Assembly (NCBI GenBank): GCA_021325135.1
Contig: JAJPHT010000002.1
Coordinates: 1-23,716, forward strand
DNA length: 23,716 bases
From: Pseudomonadota bacterium
GTDB taxonomy: Archaea; Thermoplasmatota; SW-10-69-26; JACQPN01; JAJPHT01
Reading direction: 5' to 3'
Under the pieces are notes generated by a model, which had not been told where the DNA came from, ran no database searches, and was given only the letters and a program-made list of their open reading frames with translations. Both the position numbers and the translations under genes were made by a program. Positions 15,826 to 23,663 of this stretch are shown here, piece after piece (positions within the stretch are counted from its first letter, which is position 1; the number at the start of each line of letters is the position of its first letter).

Positions 15826-18153
15826 ATGAACCGACCGGGGGCCATCTTCATCGGAACCACCAGCCTCGAATTGGCCGACTTGGTCGTCGCGCTCGCGCGT
15901 GGTTTGCGTGTGGGCCGCGAGGAGGTAATCCTTGGCTTTGAGCACGAAGGCGCCAGCATAGAGGATCTGCGTCGGGTCATGCGCGGCGCGCGCCTCTTCC
16001 TTTTCCTTGAGGACGAATCTCCCAACCCTCGCGCGCGGGTCGAAATGGAGATTGCACGAGAACTTCCTGGCACACACATCCGCTTCATACCCCCTTCGCC
16101 AATCACTTACTGGTCTGCTCCGCGGGACGTGGCGGTCTGGGGCTCGCCACGCGGGCTCGCCCAGACGCTCTTGAACGTCCTCTCTGAGCACGATTTCATG
16201 CACGAGCCCGTCCACGAGCTGCTGGATCGGGTCATGGAGCGGAACCATTTTCCCCCGTTTCCCATGGCTGAGGCGCCGCCCCCACGGGCGGAGGGTCCCA
16301 CGGAGGAGGAGGCGATGGCAGGCTTGGGCGCGTTCATGGATGAGCCGGGCGCCGCCGCAGCGCCTCCGCCCGGAGCGGAGCGGTTTGTCAACGTCGCGTT
16401 CGCCGCGCCAGGCGCCTCCCAGTCGTTCGCCGCGTCGCGGTCCCTTGCGCACGACGGCGACTACGTGCTCCGCGTCGCCATCGGCACGCAGCCGCGCGAG
16501 ACCATCGTGCGGGACGCCCCCGCGCACGGCTTCGACGCGGGCCTCCTCCCGGCCGGAGGCGCGTGGCTCGACGTCGTCGTCGCGAGCGAGGATCTCTCCA
16601 TCCCCCACCGCAAGCACGCCATGTTCCTTCCTGACGAGGGGGACGCGTGGGCGTGCTCCTGCCGCCCCGGGAGCGCGCCGCACACGTGCGACCCGGGCTC
16701 GCGCGCGCACGCCATCGACATTCCCGTGCGCACGCCGCGCGAGGGGAACGAGGCGCGGCTCCGCCTCGTTGTCTATTGCATGAACAATGTCGTGCAGTCG
16801 CAGCGCGTGCGCGCGCGCCTCGCCCCCGAGGAGCGCGACGAGGAGGACGCCCTCGAGTCAGTCGTGGACTACACGCTGACGCGCTCGCTGCGGGACGCGC
16901 CACGCCTCGCGCCCGCCGCCGCGGGCATCATGACGAACGACGAGGGAGGCGTCCACCGCATCGTCCTCAACGCGGGGGGCGACGAGGACGCCCTCGTGTG
17001 GCACTTCGGAGACAACTACGTCGACGGCCAGCTCAAGGACGCGCGCTACCAGCTCGCGGTCGTCGCGGCAAAGAACCCACGCGACGACCCCGAGAAGTGG
17101 GACTCGCGCGGGGACATGGCGGGCGGAAGGCCCCTCTCTGAGTTCGCGGCGGACGTGCGCAACCTCGCGCGCTTCGGCGCGAAGGCATGGCAGGCGCTCG
17201 CGAGCACGGAAGCGTCCCAGCGCGTCCAAGCGCTCGCGCGCCTGCGCCGCGAGGGCGGCACGCCCCTGCACATCGCGCGCGCGGAGGACACGGGGCCTGC
17301 CTTCCCGTGGGCGCTCGTGTACGACATCCCCCTCTACGCGGACGAGTCGCGCTGGCGCGACTGCGACATCATGCAAGACGCCACGAGACTCGCGGACGCC
17401 TCTCGCGCGACGTGTCCGCTGGGGCCGCACAAAGAGGACGTCATCTGCCCGTACGGCTTCTGGGGCGTGCGGTTCGACCTCGCGAACCCCGCCTCGTCCA
17501 AGGACCGGGATGCGGAGCCGCTCGTGCGCGCCCCGGCCTCGGGTGCGCTCCTCCTTACGGCCCTCAACGCGACCATCGCCACCGCGGGGCTCCACGGGCA
17601 GGCCCTCGCGCGCATCAACCCCACCCGGTTCGTCGTGAGCGACCGCCCCACGCGGGAGGGCATCCGCGCGGCTCTCGCGGACGCGAACCTTGCCATCCTC
17701 TACTTCTTCTGCCACGGACGGAATGTGCTCAACTCGTCCGCGAAGCCCACGCTCACGCTCGTGCTCGGCGCGAAGGACACGCTCGACCCGGGGGACGTCA
17801 TCAACTGGTTCGCGGACGAGGACGCGGCCGCCGCGGTGGCGAACTGGCGCGAGCGCCGCCCGCTCGTCTTCATCAACGGGTGCAGCACCGTGCGCGTCAC
17901 GCCCGACTCGAAGCCGAACTTCGTGGACGTCTTCTCGCAGGTCTCGGCCAGCGGCATCGTTGGGACGGAGATCCCGGTCATGCCGGGCTTCGCCGAGGAG
18001 TCGGGGCGCGTCTTCCTCGAGGCGTTCGAGAGCAGCCAGACCGTCGGCACGGCCTTGCGACGTGTGCGCCACGCGGCCTTCGCGCGCGGGAACGTCCTGG
18101 GGCTCGCGTACACCGCCTATGCGCCCGCGGGCCTTCGGCTAGAGGAGGAGTGA
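15826..18153 (+). CDS. TIR/DUF4062-like + beta-sandwich + CHAT (caspase-fold) protease
   Basis: C-terminal ILYFFCHG (His630) and LVFINGCS (Cys686), plus FPWALVYD, CPYGFWG, GIVGTE and LGLAYTAY. N-terminal IFIGTT...LFLFL...VEMEIARE Rossmann-like pattern. The CHAT call is confident; the TIR call is tentative. Confidence 0.85.
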   Translation: MNRPGAIFIGTTSLELADLVVALARGLRVGREEVILGFEHEGASIEDLRRVMRGARLFLFLEDESPNPRARVEMEIARELPGTHIRFIPPSPITYWSAPRDVAVWGSPRGLAQTLLNVLSEHDFMHEPVHELLDRVMERNHFPPFPMAEAPPPRAEGPTEEEAMAGLGAFMDEPGAAAAPPPGAERFVNVAFAAPGASQSFAASRSLAHDGDYVLRVAIGTQPRETIVRDAPAHGFDAGLLPAGGAWLDVVVASEDLSIPHRKHAMFLPDEGDAWACSCRPGSAPHTCDPGSRAHAIDIPVRTPREGNEARLRLVVYCMNNVVQSQRVRARLAPEERDEEDALESVVDYTLTRSLRDAPRLAPAAAGIMTNDEGGVHRIVLNAGGDEDALVWHFGDNYVDGQLKDARYQLAVVAAKNPRDDPEKWDSRGDMAGGRPLSEFAADVRNLARFGAKAWQALASTEASQRVQALARLRREGGTPLHIARAEDTGPAFPWALVYDIPLYADESRWRDCDIMQDATRLADASRATCPLGPHKEDVICPYGFWGVRFDLANPASSKDRDAEPLVRAPASGALLLTALNATIATAGLHGQALARINPTRFVVSDRPTREGIRAALADANLAILYFFCHGRNVLNSSAKPTLTLVLGAKDTLDPGDVINWFADEDAAAAVANWRERRPLVFINGCSTVRVTPDSKPNFVDVFSQVSASGIVGTEIPVMPGFAEESGRVFLEAFESSQTVGTALRRVRHAAFARGNVLGLAYTAYAPAGLRLEEE

Positions 18154-18157
18154 GATC

Positions 18158-18574
18158 ATGGCCGACGCGACGCCACTTGGCACCGTCCTCGCCCTCGGGA
18201 ACGACGCGCTCGCGATCGCCGGCGCGCTCTCGTTCGGCGTCCTCCTTGGTTGGGTGACGCACCGGACGGTGCGCCGGCAGAAGGCCGCGCCCACTCTCGC
18301 GGACGTGGGGACCGTCGCGACGACGCTCCTGGGCGCCGCCATCACGGCCGTCTTCCAATCGCCTGGGCTCTTTGGCGCCTACGGCATCGGGCTGGCCATC
18401 GGCTTCTTCTGGTACCTCCGCCACGCGGAGAAGCGCGAGACCGCGTGGAAGAAGGCAGCGCAGGCGGCCATCGACGCGGGAAAGCCATTGCCCGTCGACG
18501 CGCCCGAAAGTATCAACGTCGACCTTTGGATGAACCAGGCGCCCACGCAGCGTGGGCCGACGCCGCCCCCGTGA
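18158..18574 (+). CDS. Small ~3-TM membrane protein coupled to the CHAT protease gene
   Basis: ATG 4 nt after the CHAT stop with a GAGGAGTGA SD. Hydrophobic segments ALAIAGALSFGVLLGWV, VGTVATTLLGAAITAVF and LFGAYGIGLAIGFFWYL, then a ~50-aa soluble tail. Confidence 0.85.
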   Translation: MADATPLGTVLALGNDALAIAGALSFGVLLGWVTHRTVRRQKAAPTLADVGTVATTLLGAAITAVFQSPGLFGAYGIGLAIGFFWYLRHAEKRETAWKKAAQAAIDAGKPLPVDAPESINVDLWMNQAPTQRGPTPPP

Positions 18575-18824
18575 CCTCACGGACTCTCCCGCCGAGTTCC
18601 ACTCGATCATCGGTCGTCGCATCGTGGAGCGGCTCGCGCCCGAAGGACCATCGCTTCCGAATCTACCACGCCGCCCTTGGCTACGCCATGCGCGATGACG
18701 CTTCGTTGGCGCGGGCGAAAGTGGGGTGTGATATGACAAAAGGGCCCGCGCGACGCGCCGGCCATCGTCACGGACCCCGAGGTCGTGCGCCGCACGCTTG
18801 AGGCGAGCGAGCGCCTGACCCGCC

Positions 18825-19772
18825 TCACAGGATGATGTCGATGTCCAGCTTCTCCGCCAGCTCCTTGTAGCGGTTGCGGATGGTGACCTCGGTCACGCCG
18901 GCGACGTCGGCCACCTCGCGCTGCGTCCTGCGCTCGCCGCAGAGGATGCTGCTGATGTAGAGCGCCGCCGCGGCGACGCCCGTCGGGCCGCGCCCGCTCG
19001 TGAGCTCCTTGTCCGCGGCCTGCTTGAGGATCTCCACGGCCTTGGCCTGGATCTCGCCGCTGAGCTTCAGCTCGGAGCAGAAGCGGGGGATGTAGTCGAT
19101 GGGGCTCGTGGGCATGAGCTTCAGCTTCAGCTCACGCGCGATGAAGCGGTACGTGCGGCCGATCTCCTTGCGGCTGACGCGGGAGGCGTCGGCGATCTCG
19201 TCGAGCGTGCGGGGCACGTTGCACTGGCGGCAGGCGGCGTACAGGCTCGCGGCCGCGACGCCTTCGATGCTGCGGCCGCGGATGAGGTTCTTCTGCACGG
19301 CGCGGCGGTAGACCATGGCGGCCGTCTCACGCACGTTGCGGGGAAGACCCATCCTGGACGCCATGCGGTCCAGCTCGCTGAGGGCGAAGGCGAGGTTGCG
19401 CTCCGTGGCGTTGCTGACGCGGATGCGGCGCTGCCACTTGCGGAGGCGATACAGCTGGGCGCGGGACTTGGTGGGGATGTTCTTGCCGTAGGAGTCCTTG
19501 TTGCGCCACCCGATCTCCGTGGAGAGACCCTTGTCGTGGATCGTGTAGGTCATGGGGGCGCCGACGCGGGCGCGCTTCTCGCGCTGCTCGTGGTCGAAGG
19601 CGCGCCACTCGGGGCCCTGGTCGATGAAGTGCTCGTCGAGGACGAGGCCGCAGGATTGGCACACCAGCTCGCCGCGTTCGTAGTCGCGGGCGATCTGCTT
19701 CGACCCGCACTCGGGGCACTGGGTGATCTCTTCGACCTGCTCGTCGGCGTTCTTCTTGTCTTGGGGCGGCAT
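18825..19772 (-). CDS. tfb: Transcription initiation factor IIB
   Basis: Zn ribbon CPECG...[36 protein letters not shown] and [13 protein letters not shown]. Confidence 0.98.
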   Translation of the reverse strand: MPPQDKKNADEQVEEITQCPECGSKQIARDYERGELVCQSCGLVLDEHFIDQGPEWRAFDHEQREKRARVGAPMTYTIHDKGLSTEIGWRNKDSYGKNIPTKSRAQLYRLRKWQRRIRVSNATERNLAFALSELDRMASRMGLPRNVRETAAMVYRRAVQKNLIRGRSIEGVAAASLYAACRQCNVPRTLDEIADASRVSRKEIGRTYRFIARELKLKLMPTSPIDYIPRFCSELKLSGEIQAKAVEILKQAADKELTSGRGPTGVAAAALYISSILCGERRTQREVADVAGVTEVTIRNRYKELAEKLDIDIIL

Positions 19773-19808
19773 CGGGAGTCGCTCTCCGGTTGGGCGCCTT
19801 GCGGCGCC

Positions 19809-20036
19809 CTACGGCGTGAACACCTCGCGGTTGAGGAGCCGCAGGGGGTTCGCGCCCTTTCCGGGCTTCACGACCAGGAAGGGAGCCTTCACCGGGCCGA
19901 TCACGTCCGAGACGCGACCGACGGGCTGGTTCCGCACGTCCACGAGCGTCGTGCCGATGGGCAGCATCCGGGGGGCCTTCACGAGAAGACCGGCCTGGGT
20001 GGTGTTCACGACGACGCCAGCGGAGTCACGGGCCAT
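19809..20036 (-). CDS. gar1: H/ACA RNP component Gar1/Naf1-like protein
   Basis: 75 aa with PIGTTLVD...VGRVSDVIGPVKAPFLVVK; conserved gar1-tfb adjacency in archaea. Confidence 0.88.
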   Translation of the reverse strand: MARDSAGVVVNTTQAGLLVKAPRMLPIGTTLVDVRNQPVGRVSDVIGPVKAPFLVVKPGKGANPLRLLNREVFTP

Positions 20037-20131
20037 GGTGGGGGGCTTCCTCCCGGCCGAGGTCCGGGTCTGAACCCACTTACTCGTGGTCGTGTATATG
20101 AATGTATCGGGGACGTATTTGTACTGCCGAG

Positions 20132-20234
20132 GAGCCCCGACCAAGAATGCTTCGAAGTCGGCCTCCCGCCGCAGGTTCGGGTGCGTCCCCTGCAACCCAG
20201 ACCTGCGGCAAGCCGATCGAACCCGTCGGGGCTC
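20132..20234. ncRNA. Candidate structured RNA, long interrupted hairpin
   Basis: Nested stems: GAGCCCCGAC/GTCGGGGCTC (10 bp), TTCGA/TCGAA, TCGGC/GCCGA, GCCGCAGGT/ACCTGCGGC (9 bp) and GGGT/ACCC. Intergenic apart from the KGG gene's stop codon. Confidence 0.6.
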
Positions 20235-20508
20235 AACCTTGCTCGTCCTCGACGTCCGCCTCGTCGGCGTCGTGCTCCTTCTTTCGGGCCCCGCCCTCGG
20301 GGGTGGCCCTGCGGGCCTCGCCGCCCTTGCGCCCGATCTCGGCGTAGAACGACGGCCCGTGCTCCTTGGCGACGCGGCGGCCGCCCTTGCGCCCGATCTC
20401 GGCGTAGAACTCCAGGCCGCGCTCCTTCTTGACCTTCTCGCCCCCCTTGCGGCCCGCCTCCGCCAGGGTCATGGGCCGCTTTCGCTCGTCTCGGGGCTCC
20501 TCGGTCAC
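20233..20508 (-). CDS. KGG-repeat stress protein (GsiB/Em-like hydrophilin)
   Basis: 20-aa repeats EAGRKGGE...FYAEIGRKGG; GTGA overlap with the upstream paralogue. Confidence 0.88.
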   Translation of the reverse strand: MTEEPRDERKRPMTLAEAGRKGGEKVKKERGLEFYAEIGRKGGRRVAKEHGPSFYAEIGRKGGEARRATPEGGARKKEHDADEADVEDEQG

Positions 20509-20852
20509 GATTCGACCTCAGGGCTGGGCGTGTCGGTCTCGACGGCCCGGCTCTGCGCGACGCGCGCCTTGCCGCCCTTGCGGCCGATCTCGCGCATGTG
20601 CTCGCGGCCGCGCTTCTCGAAGACGGCCTTGCCGCCCATGCGGCCCAGCTGCGCGTAGCCCTCGGAGCCCAGCTCCTTCTTGCGGGCCTCGCCGCCCTTC
20701 TCGGCGCCGCGCTCGGCGCCCAGGCGTCCGATGGTCTGGAAGAAGGGAGTTCCGTAGCGCTCCTTGACGGTCTCGCCGCCACGGCGGCCGGCTTCGACGA
20801 AAGCACCTTCGGGGCGGTCGATCGGGGAAAGAGTGTCCTTCAGGAATACCAC
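20505..20852 (-). CDS. KGG-repeat stress protein (GsiB/Em-like), second paralogue
   Basis: EAGRRGGETVKERYG..FFQTIGR, YAQLGRMGG and MREIGRKGG. Start uncertain (GTG 20852 or CTG 20843), below promoter-like GAGAACGGCTTTT near 20882-20894. Confidence 0.85.
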   Translation of the reverse strand: MVFLKDTLSPIDRPEGAFVEAGRRGGETVKERYGTPFFQTIGRLGAERGAEKGGEARKKELGSEGYAQLGRMGGKAVFEKRGREHMREIGRKGGKARVAQSRAVETDTPSPEVES

Positions 20853-21272
20853 CTTCGGTGCGGGCGGTGGCCGCCTCGACGAAAAGCCGTTCTCGAACAC
20901 TAACGGGAATGGATTGGAGGTGCATCTGACCGGATGCATGCTGGAGATATCGGTCAAGCGGAGACGACAGGCGCGGAGCGCGCAGAGACGCGGCCTGCCG
21001 CCGACGCGACGACGCGCTTCTCGGGGCCCGGGCCAGCCGGGCAGGTCTCGCGCCTCGCCGGTGACGCCACAAGCAGCGCCATCGCGTCGGGCGTGGCGGA
21101 CACGAACGCGCCCGCGACGTCCATGCGATGCCCAGAGAATGACGCGCTGCGCCGAGGGGCGTCGCGCCTTGGCCCAGCGCGGTCCTCGTCAAAGCCGCGG
21201 CAGAGGCGCAGCCGAGAAGCGCGGGACCCCGCGGCCGAAGCGGCCGAGGAGTGGATAGCAATCTGGCGGCGC

Positions 21273-21722
21273 TCAGCGCACGAAGCTGTACCGGTCGATG
21301 AGGCGGCCAAGCTGGATGGCCTGCTCGTGCGTGACGTCGCCGTCCTTGACCTTCTCCTCGAGGAAGACCTGCGCGGCGTCGGTGCTCGTGCGCGCGCCGC
21401 GGGCGAAGAGCCCTTCGAGGAAGGCGCGGTTGTCCTTCAGCTCCATGCCGCCCGGGATCCCCGCAAGCACGGCCTTGGCGTCGAAGATGAAGTGCGTCTT
21501 GCGACCCTGCGCCATCATGCGCTTGCGGGCGCCGGGCACGGGGGCGCGCGGGGGCGGCGCGGCGTTGGGGTCCCGCGGCGTGGGCGCGCTCTTGGCGAAG
21601 CACTCGCGGCAGTAGACGGGGCGGCCCGGCGTGGGCGTGAAGGGCACGGTCGCGGCCTTGTGGCAGCGCGAGCAGGTGACGGTCGTGCGCGTGGGGTTGT
21701 GGGTGAAGGCGGGGGTGGTCAT
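21273..21722 (-). CDS. CxxC-x17-CxxC zinc-ribbon domain protein
   Basis: VTCSRCHKAATVPFTPTPGRPVYCRECF, plus a helical C-terminal domain. Confidence 0.9.
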   Translation of the reverse strand: MTTPAFTHNPTRTTVTCSRCHKAATVPFTPTPGRPVYCRECFAKSAPTPRDPNAAPPPRAPVPGARKRMMAQGRKTHFIFDAKAVLAGIPGGMELKDNRAFLEGLFARGARTSTDAAQVFLEEKVKDGDVTHEQAIQLGRLIDRYSFVR

Positions 21723-21841
21723 GGGAGATCAGCGTGGGGAGTGGATGGGCGTTCGCGCGCAGGCGGTGTCCGGGATCGGCGCGCGCGGCCGTGGGGAGGC
21801 GTCGCGCTCGCTCGTCCGTGGGGCCCCGAAGGGCCGGCCCA

Positions 21842-21916
21842 TCAGGCACGCGTGGCGCGGCCTGCCGCCGCGCGGGGGAGCTCATCGGAGAAGCAGGTCG
21901 CAGAAGTCGTGGCCAT
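21842..21916 (-). CDS. Candidate 24-aa leader peptide/small ORF
   Basis: CTTATA box near 21959-21964, then a GGTGA SD 5 nt before ATG; encodes MATTSATCFSDELPRAAAGRATRA. Confidence 0.4.
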   Translation of the reverse strand: MATTSATCFSDELPRAAAGRATRA

Positions 21917-22017
21917 CCGATTCACCCACCTAGAGCGGCCCCTGGGACGCCCATCCGGTATAAGGCCGCTGGCTGGGGTGTCACGGTGAAGGTCCAGAAA
22001 CGATCTCTGAGGGCGAT

Positions 22018-23280
22018 TTACGTCCCTTCCTGCCAGCCCGCCATGTAGTCCTTCTGGACCTTGGAGAGCTGGTCGATCTTCACGCCCATGGCGGCGAGCT
22101 TCAGCGACGCGACGCGCTCGTCCTGCTCCTTGGGGACGACGTAGACCTCCTTCTTGAGGCTCTTCGCGTGCTTGAGGAGCCACTCGGACGCCAGCGCCTG
22201 GTTGGCGAAGCTCATGTCCATGACCTCGGGCGGGTGGCCCTCGGCGGCGGCGAGGTTCACGAGGCGGCCCTCGCCCAGGACGTAGGCCTTGCGGCCGTCC
22301 TTGAGGTCGTACTCCTGCACGTTGGGGCGGACCTCCCGGACGCCCTTGCTGAGGGCCTTGAGCGCGACGAGGTTGATCTCGTTGTCGAAGTGGCCGGAGT
22401 TGGCGAGGATGACGCCGTCCTTGGCGGCCTTCAGCTCCGCCTCGTCGAGGATCCACTTGTTGCCGGTGACCGTGACCACGATGTCCGCCTCCGCGATCGC
22501 CTGCCTCATGGGGGCGACCTCGTAGCCGTCCATGACGGCCTCCAGCGCGCGCACGGGGTCGACCTCGGTGACGATCACGCGGGCGCCCATGCCGCGGGCG
22601 CGGGAGGCGAGCCCCTTGCCGACCCAGCCGTAGCCGCCCACGACGAAGACCTTGCCCGCGATGAGCACCGAAGTGGCGCGCAGCACGCCGTCGAGCGTCG
22701 ACTGGCCCGTGCCGTAGCGGTTGTCGAAGAAGTGCTTCGTCATGGCGTCGTTGACGGCTACGAGCGGGTAGGGCAGGACGCCCTCGGCCGCCATGCTGCG
22801 GAAGCGGTGGACGCCCGTCGTGGTCTCCTCGGTGCCCGCGAGCACGTGAGGGATGAGGTCCTTGTGCACGGTGACGAGGCGCGTCACGAGGTCGCCGCCG
22901 TCGTCCATGGTGATGGTGGGCTTGTTGGCGAGCACCGCGTCGACGTGCTCGTAGTACTCCTGGTTGTTGACGCCGCGCCACGCGTAGACGTGGATGCCGC
23001 TCTCGGCCAGCGCCGCGGCGACGTCGTCCTGCGTGGAGAGCGGGTTGCTGCCGCAGACCGCGACCTTGGCGCCGCCGGCCTTGAGCGTCTCCATGAGCAC
23101 CGCCGTCTCCTTGGTGACGTGCAGGCACGCGCCGATGGTGATCCCCTTGAGCGGCTTCGTCTGCTCGAACTCCTTGCGGATGAGCGCGAGCACGGGCATG
23201 TGCGCCGCGGCCCAGTCGATGCGCTGGCGGCCCTGCTTCGCGAGATCGGGCGACTTGATGCTGAAGGGGGGGACGGTCAT
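22018..23280 (-). CDS. ahcY: Adenosylhomocysteinase (SAH hydrolase)
   Basis: CLHVTKETA, GSNPLSTQD, DDGGDL, GTEETTTG, KHFFDNRYGTGQS, GYGWVGKG and GHPPEVMDMSFANQ. Confidence 0.98.
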   Translation of the reverse strand: MTVPPFSIKSPDLAKQGRQRIDWAAAHMPVLALIRKEFEQTKPLKGITIGACLHVTKETAVLMETLKAGGAKVAVCGSNPLSTQDDVAAALAESGIHVYAWRGVNNQEYYEHVDAVLANKPTITMDDGGDLVTRLVTVHKDLIPHVLAGTEETTTGVHRFRSMAAEGVLPYPLVAVNDAMTKHFFDNRYGTGQSTLDGVLRATSVLIAGKVFVVGGYGWVGKGLASRARGMGARVIVTEVDPVRALEAVMDGYEVAPMRQAIAEADIVVTVTGNKWILDEAELKAAKDGVILANSGHFDNEINLVALKALSKGVREVRPNVQEYDLKDGRKAYVLGEGRLVNLAAAEGHPPEVMDMSFANQALASEWLLKHAKSLKKEVYVVPKEQDERVASLKLAAMGVKIDQLSKVQKDYMAGWQEGT

Positions 23281-23354
23281 CGGGCCGCCATCCGGCCTCT
23301 GCGCTATGTAGATGACCCCATCCCGGGATGGGCCAAAAAGAAGCTTCATGCATG

Positions 23355-23370
23355 CGTGTATGCATACACG
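23355..23370. promoter_or_regulatory. Perfect 16-bp palindrome, probable VapB(C) operator
   Basis: CGTGTATGCATACACG lies between a TATA-like TTCATG and the vapB ATG. Confidence 0.75.
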
Positions 23371-23376
23371 AACCCC

Positions 23377-23601
23377 ATGACGAAGACCGTCTCCATGGCG
23401 GACGACGCCTACGACGCGCTCCTGGGCGTCAAGCGCCCCGGCGAGAGCTTCAGCGACGTGGCGCGCCGGCTCGCGAGGCTCGCCGCGCTGGACGACGTGT
23501 TCGACCCGTCGTTCCGCCTCGAAGGCGACGGCCGCGCGTGGAAGGACGAGGTGCGGCGGGCCCGCGACAGGGACGCGCGCCCGCGGGCGGACCTCGGATG
23601 A
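23377..23601 (+). CDS. vapB: Antitoxin VapB family (DUF217-like)
   Basis: MTKTVSMADDAYDALLGVKRPGESFSDVARRL is the typical archaeal DUF217 N-terminus; the stop overlaps the next ATG (ATGA). Confidence 0.88.
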   Translation: MTKTVSMADDAYDALLGVKRPGESFSDVARRLARLAALDDVFDPSFRLEGDGRAWKDEVRRARDRDARPRADLG

Positions 23602-23663
23602 CCGTCGTCCTCGACACGGCCGGGCAAGCCCGGCCTATCGAGCACCGTGGAGGAGCAGCATGA
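23598..23663 (+). pseudogene. Truncated VapC (PIN) start interrupted by a repeat
   Basis: MTVVLDT matches a PIN first strand with the conserved Asp, but the frame runs into a hairpin repeat and stops after 21 aa. Confidence 0.55.

Noticed and set aside
15621-20229. 14-bp direct repeat ATCGAACCCGTCGG (15621-15634 and 20216-20229) as possible att sites or a tRNA T-arm
   Set aside because: Matches of this length are expected by chance in 24 kb of high-GC DNA, the interval includes core tfb and gar1, and there is no integrase or cloverleaf.
20320-20410. Two identical 31-bp repeats with a 29-bp spacer, CRISPR-like dimensions
   Set aside because: The 60-nt period is in frame within the KGG gene and encodes FYAEIGRKGG; only two copies and no cas genes.
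20954-21124. 56-aa ORF starting MDVAGAFVSATPDAMALL, faintly PAS-like
   Set aside because: Similarity is limited to a few residues, the rest is low-complexity, and no clear SD or promoter is present.
21013-21223. 12-bp inverted repeat CGCGCTTCTCGG/CCGAGAAGCGCG as MITE ends or an SRP/RNase P closing stem
   Set aside because: No target-site duplication, no SRP helix-8 or RNase P conserved motifs, and plausible by chance at this GC content.
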